From NCBI GenBank assembly GCA_050575255.1, contig JBNZDD010013714.1:5275254-5339253 (forward strand): 64,000 bases of DNA, given 5' to 3'. The stretch is from Harriotta raleighana. Lineage: Eukaryota. The notes under the pieces were generated by a model. That model searched no databases. It had not been told where the DNA came from and worked only from the letters and a program-made list of their open reading frames with translations. The stretch's first letter is position 1, and the number at the start of each line of letters is the position of its first letter. Of the stretch, positions 1-11,710 are shown piece by piece. A program made the translations under genes and the position numbers.

Positions 1-769
1 GAACTTCTTCAATTTGGAACTGTCATCACTATAAAAGTACCAAGGGACACTTGCATACTGCGTTGCTCCATTTGTATAAAGGAGTACAGACTATTGAAGC
101 TACGCACACAAGCTTCAATCCACATATGTTCACCTTGCTCATTGCTATCACTGTTCTTACAACCAAACGACACAATGTGATTCATAGTAGATATTTTCTC
201 TGCACCATTTCCTGCTGCCCTCATGTGTGATTTCAGAGAATGACTGCCAGTAGTTACTCAAGCTGGTTCAGGTATTATCTATCATCAGTCTGAAGTTGAA
301 GCACATTCGAAATACAGAATAAATACTCAGAACTATTCTTACTGGTGCCTAGCAAAGGTGATTGTTTTGCCTTCTGTTATATTCAATTCCATTGTAAACA
401 TGTTCACTAAAGAGTGCAGACATACATGGGATTAAGTTAAATATTGTCGTAGCTAATTCTGAATAATGGAGACAAATCGCCTAATTTTCATTATGTTCTA
501 GATAGTTTACATACATTTCAATAGGGGGCTGATAATATTCTGATATTACAGTGTTACTTTTCTGAGGCGATACTAAAAACTATATAAAAAAAGTATATAA
601 CGCAATGTTTAGTAACAAGCTCTTGAAAGTTGCTGGTAAAGAATAGAATTAGATAACTTAACAATAATACAATAAAAACTTTACAATTTGGCTCCATGTT
701 ATTGAGGGCACTGAAAATCTTAGCTGTGCTTTAAAGTTATATATAAGTGCAACTCAATAGTGAGGTATG

Positions 770-1060
770 TGGATAGTGAGTTTTGTAGAGATGATAACAT
801 TATTAAGGCAATAGACTGTTTTCCAGGGGCAAAGGTAGGAGATATTAGATCCAGGACTGATGAGCTAATGAAGAGGAAGAGGAGGTAATCCAGTTATGGT
901 ATTGCAAGTGTGGATAAACAAAATAATAGAGAGAAGAGCAAATATATCATGCTGGTGGGCAAGTTTAAAGCAAAGGTGGTGGTACAGTATCTAGATTGCT
1001 TCAACGTGAATCTAGGAGGAGGAAAAGAATGAGCAAGACAATTGATTTAAATGAGGAGGT
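770..1060 (+). mobile_element. CR1-clade LINE ORF1 (SGNH esterase) fossil
   Basis: IDCFPGAKVGDIRSRTDEL followed, after a frameshift, by NPVMVLQVWIN; resembles the CR1 esterase motifs V.C.PGA.V.DI and PVVVVHVGTN; disrupted. Confidence 0.65.
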
Positions 1061-1559
1061 TGTTAATTAGTTCCATTTTATTCAGGGACTAACCTCAAGA
1101 AGTCTAAGGGGATGAAGAAAAGAAATTATATATACACAAAAAAATCTATTCTTTAGCGATACAACATCGCAGCTCAGAGGCAAAATGGCAAACACTATTG
1201 TGGTTTTGGAATAGCAGAAGTGACACCTTCAGAAAAAGAAGTATGTAACACACATAGCAAACATCTGAAGTGAACTTTGGGTGTTGACAAAGAGATTATA
1301 TTTAAGTGGCGTACTTCAATGTGGGTCCAAGTTCAAGGTTCAGCAAATCACTCAACTGCTGGGTTGTTGTGGAGACGCTTGCAGTGAATGTTTCTCATCA
1401 CATAAGCGATGAGAGTGTGAACCACTAACAGGTTGATCTTTCCTCTGCTGACTCAGCCAGTGTCTGCAGTCAGGAGCTTCACTGAGGTTTCTTTACTCGC
1501 CAGGTATGCTCACAATGGTTGAATCATTGAAGGCATGCAGCTAAAGAAAGACAAAGGTT

Positions 1560-1690
1560 GCAGTACATATCGCCCACAAAATATACAAGTCAATTCACTT
1601 GACAGTATATATACTGAGATGCACTTTAAGATGTCTCAACAACATGATAAGGTGCTACATCAAATGTGGGGATTATTATTACTATTATTA
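1560..1690 (+). mobile_element. SINE 3' tail (Deu/L2-tail family)
   Basis: cgcccacaaaatata..gtcaattcact..gatgtctcaac..gataaggtgctacatcaaatg..(att)n, same motif as many other copies. Confidence 0.8.
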
Positions 1691-3810
1691 CCAGACAATG
1701 TGTAATATTGTCCAAACTCACCTCTTGGGATTCAATATTGTTTTTTGTTTGGATGCAATTTTTTTTAAATGAATTGGCAATTCATTTCACACCAATGACA
1801 TTGTCCATGTTTCCCATTGCACGTTTTATTTCCATCACGGGTGTGTTACAATTACCTACTTGTAAATTATTAAACAGGGCACTCTCTTATTTCTGACCAC
1901 AAACAGCAGATGCACGATACTGTATGCAAAGTATGACTGGTTACATAAAATATTTATTCCACTGCTCTTTAATTTAGAGTAAATAAAAGCAAGCTGAAGG
2001 GAACTATTGATTTTAGTCTGATTTCTGGAAAAAAAAGTTAAATGGTGGAATGCTATACACAGGGATCAGTTCTAACAGTAAAAGCCAAAAAGGTTAGTTT
2101 AATGAAATTAATTTTTAAGAAGTTGTTGCATGAAATTAGATATGAATAAATCAGATTTTTTTTTACAGCAATAAGCGATAATGGGGCTGTCAAAATGGTA
2201 GCAGTGGTAGTGCAGCTTTATCAGTGCCATACCCCGTCGTCTTCGTAAGGTGCAGATGACATATGGTGCAAAGCAAAGTTGCCTGGTTGTCAACCCATGA
2301 CCCTGCAGGATATAAGCTCGCACATGGCATGCTAGGAGTTTGTCACCTACAAGCACACACCCTGCGTGCAGTGGAATCAGGCGCAGAAGTGGACATGCCC
2401 TTCACTTCAAACGCATGCAGTCACATCCACAAAACTGCAGCCGTGTTACAGGCAGGTCATCCGCTCCATTAAAAATAAGCTCTGAACATTTTCACAGGCT
2501 GATTATGTTTCCGAGTTGAGCTGTGATAATCAATCCAGTTTACAGAGGACCTCTCGTCCACACATTCCATTTCAAGGAGCACAATTTAAATAATTTAATA
2601 ATTCTTTCCCTCGTTTAAAAAAAAATCTTAGTATGTGTAGACCGTAACCGTGAAGGCACAACAGTCAGAAATGGCTGGCTCGTGGATTAAACCAATTATT
2701 CTAATGTCAGTTACATCTGTCAATTACCGATTCCCATAGTTCAGCAAAAATGTTAAAAATTAAAACTGTTTTAGTCCATTTAGTCTATTTGCCTTTTTAA
2801 TGTAAAAAAAAGATGGTCTTGACAAAAAGTTTGGGGATTTAACTAGAAACATAGATGAAATCTGTCTGCTTTGCTCTATACATAATTCACTTTTGAAATT
2901 TCACGCTATTTAAAAATTTACTAAAATGTGTATCTCCAAAATGCTAATTCGGAGCTGATACTCTGAAGCAGCAGCTACCAGTTAGGAGAATTCAGTAAAG
3001 TGCAAATCGGAGAACGCTAATCAGATATAAAGAAAGTAACTATAAAAGAACAAGGGAAAGGAAATTATTCTGTCCCATGCACAAAGCCCCCAGCCTCAGA
3101 CGAGCTGACAGCACTGAATCCCAACAACATCTAACATGCTCTTCCTGCGGAGAAGACAGCCTGTTCTCAGAGTCTTAATTACATCCCAGCTGACTGCCCA
3201 GCTTTGCCAGAACAGGCAACAAACGATGCACCTTCAGTGGCAATATGGTCTGTTAACTAACTCCCGCTCAACAGAAAGAAAATCTCAGAACAAGCTGGGA
3301 AAAGGAGCGAGCAGAGAGGGTAAACAGCAATAAGGAGAGTGGGGGGGGAAAAAAAAATCTCGTCCCAGAATCTTTCAAGATGGATGAACTGCAGGATGCA
3401 ACAAACTAGACTGGTCTAATATTTAAAATGAACTTTCAAATACAAAGTGCCTCACCATGGACTATTTCTCTCAGACACAAACCAATCTGCCGATAAATAA
3501 AGGAGGCAAGAAGTACCAAACTGCTAAGGCCATTATAATTAAAGACTAACAGCGTGCCACAGTCTGCATTTGCAAATAGCATCATATGTATTCCAGACCA
3601 TTTGTCACGGTATGATGGTTACTTACGTCTCTGTAGTAATCTAGTCTGATGTGTGGCAAGGACAGAATTTGAAATTTATTGGAAAGAAAATCAATGAGGA
3701 CAAGCTATAGATTGCATAATTTCATCTGGTTATTTCACAGGAAAAGACTTTGCTTTGGGATGAAGAATTATATTTAGTGTAAAAAGGGGGGATTGTATTT
3801 AATATTATAA

Positions 3811-3990
3811 AATAATAATAATAATCCTTGCATTTGATATAGCGCCTTATCGCTTCTTCAAGACGTCTCAAAGGGCTTCACAGAATATACTGTAAAGTGA
3901 TTTGACTGTATATTTTGCGGGCGAAACGCGGCAGCAAATTGTGCATAGCAGTGTCCCACAAACAATTTTAATTTTAATGACCAAATAATC
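3811..3990 (-). mobile_element. SINE 3' half
   Basis: (aat)n ccttgcatttgatatagcgccttatc...tctcaaagggcttcacagaatatactgtaaagtg...gtcccacaaaca. Confidence 0.88.
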
Positions 3991-4334
3991 TGGTTTTATA
4001 GATCAGAAATTTTGCTGCTCTCACCTCAAACATTTGCTTCAAGTATTACAAGATTAACACTCAAATACCCTGGCAATTAGTGATTAACTAGTTAAATATA
4101 TTGACTATTAACTAACCTTTTGAATAGGATTCTGGGGTCTGTGTGATGCACTTATGGAGGAGATTGCTTGTCCATTTCACTGGCAACCACTGCCTTGGGT
4201 CAAATTATGAAGCCATGGGATAACCTGAGGTAACTAGACTTTGTGTATCAATGTTCAACCTCTCTGGATCCCTGGGTGAAGTGTTGTGTGATGCTTCTGA
4301 GCAGCTGTGACAGAGCAAAGAGGAAAATTTCAAT

Positions 4335-4625
4335 AATTCTAGCATTGATATTACGCATTAACACATAGTTGAGTCGTCTCAAAGCGCTTCACAGGATATA
4401 CTGCAAAGTGGATTGACTGTGTATTTTGTGGGTGAAACATTACAGCCAGTTTGTGCACAGCAATGTTCCACAAACAGCCATGGAATGATTGATAAATTTT
4501 ATTTGGGGAATTATTGGCTAAGACTCCGGGACGATCTACCTTATCTTTTGGAATAGTGCTATAGGATCTTTAATGTCCAGCTGCACAGGCAGATGGTACC
4601 TCGGTTTAATGTCTCATCTGAAGAT
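4335..4625 (-). mobile_element. DeuSINE (SacSINE1-like) with Deu central domain
   Basis: Tail plus ...aatagtgctataggatctttaatgtcca...gcagatggtacctcggtttaatgtctcatctgaa, the reverse complement of the Deu domain. Confidence 0.8.
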
Positions 4626-5687
4626 AATAAAAGATAAAATGGATAAGAAATTGTTCAATATTATTTCACTAAATATACCCATCATATATATTTAATTCAT
4701 CACTTTCAAACACTGTGCAATTGTTCGTAGCAGATACACAAAATGCATTAGAAATAATAAAGGTGTTACAACTAACATGCCACCTCATGGTGATGAGTAA
4801 CAAGGTTAAATTATTGTTAATAATGTACAGAATTTTAATACATATTATATGAGGATCTTTCTGTAATTTTCTTTTTAATCATAGTTTAGGACTTCTGGTT
4901 TCTATCACAAAATTAAGAGTTTATGAAATCAATCAAAAAAAATCAAAATTACATTTATATGACACCTTTCAAAAACAACGTAAACTACATAAACCTCAAA
5001 GAGTTGTTGATTTATTTGCTTCTGAAAAGCCTGAACAATCTCTTTTTTCATTACCGGTACTACTTTTGAATATATTGCATGTCATAAGAAAATTTTACCT
5101 CAGGGCTATGAAGCCAAAGTTTAATCTTCATCTTAATGATGAGATCCTATGTGTGCCATAATTATTTGTAATCGCCCTCATAGCAGCCAAGAAATGTACT
5201 TACTGCTGAATTGAATCTGCTCCAGTGGAAAGTGTGAACATTAAACTAGACAATTGGGTGTTGTTAGAGGTGGAAGGCAATAATAATTAGGGTGGCAATT
5301 AGGTTAGCATTCTACTGGAAGATCAGATTGATGAGGCTGGCTTCTATAAAAGGTACTGTTTGGGCAAAAGTTTTAAGAGTTATTTACATATATATAGCAA
5401 CCTTCATGTGAGAAATCTCAAAAGTACTTGACAAATATTGTGGTGGACAAGTCAGTTGACCAGTTCACCACCTCTGAGAATGTAAAATACTGCTTTCAAA
5501 GTATTTTAGTTTGTACACAGTCTTAATAAGACCCATGTTAATAAGAATATCTGTTTAGAGAAGATATGTGTTTATTTTCCTGATGTAAATCTACCCTCAC
5601 TTCAAAGGGAGCAGAAGCAAAGTGAACATGACTGTTGGGAGTACATATTTTCAACCTTAAGTATTTGTTCCCTTGATACCTTAAGAC

Positions 5688-5795
5688 AATAATGATAATA
5701 ATCCTTACATTTGATATAGCCCCTTATCACTTCATCGAGATGTCTCAAAGCCCTTCACAGAATACATCGGAAAATGTATATTTTGTGAGCGATAT
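5688..5795 (-). mobile_element. SINE 3' tail
   Basis: aataatccttacatttgatatagccccttatc...tctcaaagcccttcacagaata. Confidence 0.82.
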
Positions 5796-6049
5796 ACACA
5801 AGATATGCAAGCTATATTCATACAGCTGCAGTGATATCAATGCGGAGTGGTAATCATGGCATGAAACCAGCAAATATCAATCAATATATATTTGTTTAAT
5901 GAGTGCCTAACATCTGAAATAAATTAATAGGGGCCTAATTCTCAAAACTTACCAAAGGGAGCAAAAATAACTGTTCACTCACATACATTTACACCCGCGA
6001 AAACACAGGCCAGCCCTGATTCCCTCTTCTCAGCAACACTCCCTTAGAT

Positions 6050-6340
6050 ATTTCTGGCTGTGATTGGAAATTCAAGGTGTGTGATGGTTTTATTGTTCTA
6101 CTGGGGTCGTCCTCTAGTATCTTGCCAATGTGGCCATTATTCACATGTGAACCTTGACCACAGGTATTTGCAGTCTATTTAACCACACAGGGAAACACAG
6201 CTAAACTCGGTCCTTGTTTTTTCAAAGTCCACCCTCACACACCTTCCAGAAGGAATCTCTGGTTAACAATCAGGAACAGGAGCCTTGACTGATTTTCATC
6301 TCCTGAACCTGAGGGCGTTGAAGTCAATTATAGCCCCAAT
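6050..6340 (-). mobile_element. Ancient tRNA-SINE (AmnSINE2-like), degraded
   Basis: ttccagaaggaatctctggttaacaatcaggaacaggagccttgactgatttt...caattatagcccc; reverse complement of the copy at 7421-7700; family name from memory. Confidence 0.55.
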
Positions 6341-6789
6341 GGCTCCATAACAAGTCACTCTATCAGCGCTTTACATTATTTATTCTTTTAAACTTTACAG
6401 TGCCCTTCCAAACTCTCCATCAGGCCCTCATTTATCACACTACTCTATTGCTCAGTCCGATTTTACCTTTTTAAATATCCAGTCATAGCAATCGTCATCA
6501 TTTGAATTTCTCCTTTTCAAAACGTTTAAGAATTTGTATTTAGAATGCCAATTTAAGTACCTAATGCCCTTTCGATAAACAAAATATATTTCCTGAGGTT
6601 TGAAAAAAAAAGCATCTTTTGAACATATTCACTTCTTTGTTATGAAACAACATCTTTAAATTTCTAAATCCTTTTGATCTTTCTTAATAGGTCACCATTA
6701 AATTTGGTTACTTATATATAATCCCCATTGGCATTTCAAGAACACAATCCAGTTGCCACGTTGACAATGTGCTGCCATTCCACTTGAAG

Positions 6790-7330
6790 CCGTGAATCAC
6801 CAGCTGCCCTCGGGGATGCCCGTTGCTTTCAAATTCTGTCTTGCTGTATCCACCCATCAACTTCATGGATGTCCTCTCGGTCTTTTCCCTCCAGCTGGCA
6901 TCACAAGAATTAGCCTGTCATCCATCCAAACATCATAGAATCCTGTGACCACTTTTATATGGAAGATAGTGTTCTCAACAAGCAAGAGGCTGAGCCATTC
7001 TCTGAATGTTACCATCCTATGGTGGTCCCAGAGCAGCCTGTAGTGCATATGTCAATTCTGGACAGCCTCCAACCACCGCTGTTTTTTCTTTGTAAATGGG
7101 CAGGTCTCAATGCTCTTCAGCAGGCTGGATTGGATAATGGCTTAGTGCAGTGTGGCCTTCAGCTCCTCCATAACTCCTTATCTCGCTCAAAGTATTACAA
7201 GCCTTCCTGAACCTGCCACCGACATCTGGTGTGACCATGTATTGACCGGAAACCCTGCCCTCTTGCTTTGAGAACATATTTGCTTTCTCCACATGGAAGT
7301 GGGAACCACCTTTAGTACCCTGACTCACTA
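6790..7330 (-). mobile_element. RTE-clade LINE, 3' end of RT ORF, fossil
   Basis: ...WMDDRLILVMPAGGKRPRGHP*S*WVD resembles the RTE C-terminal motif HV.RM...RL....GKRPRGRP..RW.D; GC higher than flanks. Confidence 0.65.
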
Positions 7331-7420
7331 TTCCTGAGTATCACAGACTGTCTTTTTCCAGGTTGATGCTTGGTTATGAGATGATATCAAAGCTAATGTA
7401 AATTATGTAAATATTGAAGT

Positions 7421-7700
7421 CAGAGCTCCCTGAGTGGGTGCAGTGCTCAACCAGGAAAATCCCAGGTTCTGTCTCTGGTCTGAATTCAAAAAGTCTATTT
7501 TTAGATAAGGTGATGTGAGGGAAAATACAACAATTATGGCCTGGGTTAAGGAGATGAAAATGTAGCCAGGTTCCTGTTTCCTACCACTCTCCAGTGACCC
7601 CTTTTGGAAAGTGTAAATGTGACTATGAAGAGAGAACAGGCTCAGCTACAATATCTCCATGGTTGAATAGCATTCACACTTGAAAGATGGCCGGCACAGA
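7421..7700 (+). mobile_element. Ancient tRNA-SINE (AmnSINE2-like), degraded
   Basis: accaggaaaatcccaggttc...tagccaggttcctgtttcct..ccagtgaccccttttggaaagtg...ggttgaatagc. Confidence 0.55.
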
Positions 7701-8577
7701 CACGATAGGCCAATGATGGAAGTAGTGATTTAGACCAAATGCTTCAGATCCTTTCAATGAAGATGCCCTACTAAAAGCTGTTGAAACATTTATTGTCAAT
7801 TTTATGTTTGATAATTTTTTGGGGTATAATTATTCTTAAATCTATTATGTCGGGTATGTAACCAGCCTCAGCATGCTGATGTTCGCACAGTGCTGTGGAG
7901 CTACACAATGTGTATCAGTGTGTTCTGTTCCCTGCACAGTGAGATCCCAATCACAGTCAGCTCATTATGGAGATTGACAAGTGGAAACCAGACACTTTTC
8001 CCAAAGGGTGCAGTTGAAACTGGGTTAAAACAGCTGTTCTGATGTACTTGGTGGCTAACTCAAGGTAGAGACAGACGCCCGAAAATAAGTCACCTGCCTT
8101 TCCTCAGCAAATGGTGGTTGACAGCGAAATGTTAAAGGTTAAACTTATGGGTAGCTCTGGGGTAAGTACTAAACTCTGTGTAGATTTAAGTTTATAAACA
8201 GAAGATGGTTGACAAATCAAGAATAATGCTCCAACTAATACCAACAGGAGCACCTCACCTTTATTCTTTCCCTAAATGCCTGTCTTTGGGGATTTAGAGA
8301 AAAGCTCTTAAATTTAAAACTATTTTTCTCTGTGGAAGATGAAAGAACACCAGGACCACATCTGCGAACAAGCACTGAACATTCAAAGTGATCCTTCGGG
8401 AAATGGGCAGATATAACAAGAACAAAAGACACAAGAGGAATAATGGTGTTGAGTGAGCTGTACGGTACAGTGCTGGGAGCTGGAAGCAAAACGCCCAAAA
8501 GGGCAAAACAGAGTTTGAGACTCTTATTTCGGGGAACATGCTACACCGTTAGAAGATGAAATTCACATAATCTAAAA

Positions 8578-8965
8578 AAAAATCCTTGCATTTGATATAG
8601 CGCCTTATCATGTCTTTGAAACATCTCAAAGCATTTCACAGAATACACTGTATAGTGAATTGACTATATTTTGTGGACAAAACGTGGTAGCGTTTGTCCC
8701 ATAAACAGTCGTGGATTGAGGGACCAATTTACTATTATTATTTTCACATGCGATAGAGGTGATAGATTGATTTTTCCTGCACCAATTCTCTACAGTGTTG
8801 AGAATGGAGGGACAATGACCACATCTACTACGCATCATTCAGTGTTTAATATCAGGAGGTCATTTCAAAGCACTTGACAGGATTTACACAAAAATGTAGT
8901 GACTGTATTTTGAAGGCAAATGCGGCAGCCAATTTGGGCAGCCACAGCAATGTCCCACAAGCAAC
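8578..8965 (-). mobile_element. Two tandem SINE 3' halves (8578-8745, 8845-8965)
   Basis: aatccttgcatttgatatagcgccttatc... and caaagcacttgacagg...gcggcagccaatttg..gcaatgtcccacaa. Confidence 0.82.
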
Positions 8966-10239
8966 CGGGAAAACTCGATAAAGTACTGTTTCCAGAGCAC
9001 CCAAATCTGCCAAAACAGAAAGGGTCTATTCTATAAATAAAATGATTTTCACATCAACAAAACCTTTGTGATACTAGAATAAAATGCCTTTGATATCCAT
9101 TCCATAATTATCTGAGCAGCACAAATACACTCATGCCATTTATAATCTGAACATCATTAATACATTAAAGTGAACAGCAGTGAAAGACTAGTCCCACTGA
9201 ATAATACTGCTGTATCAATAAAATATGGCACGTGAGTTACTCTAGCACAAATGAAGAGAATTTAAGATCATTCGTCCTGTTCACAGCTTCAAAACTGCAT
9301 TAATATTACATAAGAATGTAAGAAGGTGAGAAAGAAATGAAAGGTCGTTAAACCCACTCTGCTCACCCGTTGATTAAGCCTATGTTCAGGATATGCACAG
9401 GCCATATTCATCTCACTTTTGCCTTCACAACAGACTGAGATATATAATTTAAGGTTTCACAAAGGAAAATTAAAGTGCCGTACAGAGTGAATTGCATTGC
9501 TCAATCCTCCTCCTAAACATTAGTTACTTCTCTTCCCCCTATTTAAACCTGTGAGTATCACATACCATTCCCAGGGCGAAAAGGGGAGACCCATACGCCT
9601 CTATAACCAGAGTGGGTTTAGCTTCGATTTTCTGCTCTTCTTGAGGGGAAAGAACTTCACTGTGATACTTTTTCTTGACAGACAGTCAAGTCCAGAAACC
9701 CATTGTGTGTAGATTCATTCATTCAAGCAAGAATGATGCTTGATTTTCCTCTTACATGGCCCAGATGCTAACTGAAGCAACCTATTATCAGCTGAGATCA
9801 AACTTACCCAGCGGACAGCAAAAGTCCGAAAGTTTACCAACTGTGAAAGCTGCACTTTTTAGTTTTTCTATTTCATATGCTTCTTTTTAAATCTAGTTGT
9901 TTTTAATTTCTGGGTTTTGATCAGATGTAGCTGGGAGGCATGATTTAGCAATTATTTCTTATAAAAATTGCCTTATTTCCATTTGCAACTTTTTCTGAAC
10001 AATTATAAATAATTACTGACAAATGTCCTAAGTACATTGATTTGGATTACAAATATTTTTAGCTGCTAATCCTTCGTAGTGCACCTTGCCCATCACATCA
10101 TTCATGTTGGAGATGACATCCATCATGCTTCGTGCTTCTGAAGCCTATAAATTATTTCCTTTTCCATTCTGTTGGCAGCTAAAATCTATAAGGAAGCTGG
10201 CCTGCAGAGGTATAGTCTTGACTACCGCCAACAACTTTG

Positions 10240-10522
10240 CACAAGCCTGCATTGTATTGGTGTATCAGCCAAGATTCTGTGATTTCAAAATCTTGACTCG
10301 GGGCTTGAACCCACTATCTACTGACTTCAGTGTTGCTATTTGTGGCTACTCCTGGCATGCAATAGCTGGTTAGTTTGCCTGTATGATTAGTTAGCTCCAA
10401 CAGATGAGCTAGGATCAAAGTGGTTAGAGAATATACAGTATGTTCTGTGAAGCGCTTTGAGACATCTCAACAACGAACGTGATAAGGTTCTATTTCAAAT
10501 GTAAGGATTTTTATTATTATTA
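10240..10522. mobile_element. DeuSINE head fragment (minus, 10240-10330) and SINE tail (plus, 10435-10522)
   Basis: tcagccaagatt...ggggcttgaacccacta (reversed B-box head); tgtgaagcgctttgagacatctcaac...caaatgtaaggatt. Confidence 0.7.
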
Positions 10523-11424
10523 ATTTTATCAATTGATGGTTGCCAGTATCTAAACCTGCAGTGATTACTCCACATTAAATCCTCCACTGTGAACACTGGC
10601 ACAATTTGTGAATGAAAACAAGCAACATGCTGCCAGTCCTACCTGGCATGACAGTAACAGCTGGCAAAATGGAAAGAAATCACTCATACCTTTCAGTACC
10701 TATTATAAGGAATAGTAAATAGCTGGGAGTGAGTTCAATGCAGCAATCCCAATTTAAGATCCAGCTCCTGTGGTTTATGGCATCCTCTGAACCTCTTGAT
10801 GAGCTTACCGCTGTGTAATCACTCCCAGATATTGCTTGTTCTAGATGGATTTTTATTCTATGTAAAAAAAAATCAACTACTGTAATCCTTAAAGAGTTAA
10901 GTTATTACGATATTACTGTGTATAACTCCGGCCCTGACATTAGCTTGGGTGCTTGCTGGATACAACCCAATCATCTTGTAACACTTTGAATGTTGAAAGA
11001 AATGCATGCTCTTCAGATTATGGCCGGATACAACTATTCTTGAATCTGTAACAGACAGAAGTGCTGAATCATTTAAGCCATAAAAAGGTTTGGAGATCAG
11101 AAATGATACAAAATTGCTGAGAAATGAAACACAGGATCTAAAAGCAAATCCTCTTACCTATATTGGGACCTCAATTAAAGGACGACTCAACTGCCTTTCC
11201 CCTTCAAGTCGGGGACAAAGATAAGCTTGTTAGAAAGTCTGCTTTCCTCGATGTTTAATACAAGTATCAAGCCTTGTCTCTTCAACATTCCAGGACCTTT
11301 TTTTTCATGTGATGTTAGAGCCTGGGGCGGGGAGGGAGACAAGTTCTTCTCTGTGAGACATGAGAACAAGGATTAATAATGAAAATGTAGTATTCATGTG
11401 CAATAACCCTAGAAGTTGTGACAA

Positions 11425-11710
11425 CAACAACTTATATAGCACCGTTCACATAGGATAACATGTGGACATTGAATAAAGCTCAGAAGGCTGTACTCTGGGA
11501 GGATTAATTGACGAACAGGGAAGTAGTGGTGACCATAGGCATGGTTGAAAAAGTAGGTTTTAAACAGATCAAGAGGGGGTGAAGTGGAAGGATTGAAGCA
11601 GGGAATTCAAGAGATTGGGTGCAAAGTGTCTGAAATCATGCCCGCTACTGGTGGCAAGGAAGGGTCAGGGATGCTCATAAGGCTTATTAATGAAGTGGTT
11701 AGGTTCATGG
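11425..11710 (-). mobile_element. L2-type LINE 3' end fossil
   Basis: (aac)n ttatatagcacc...gaaaaagtaggttttaaacag...gggaattcaagagattggg (reverse of the L2 C-terminal LWNSLP..FK..LKT.LF region). Confidence 0.55.
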
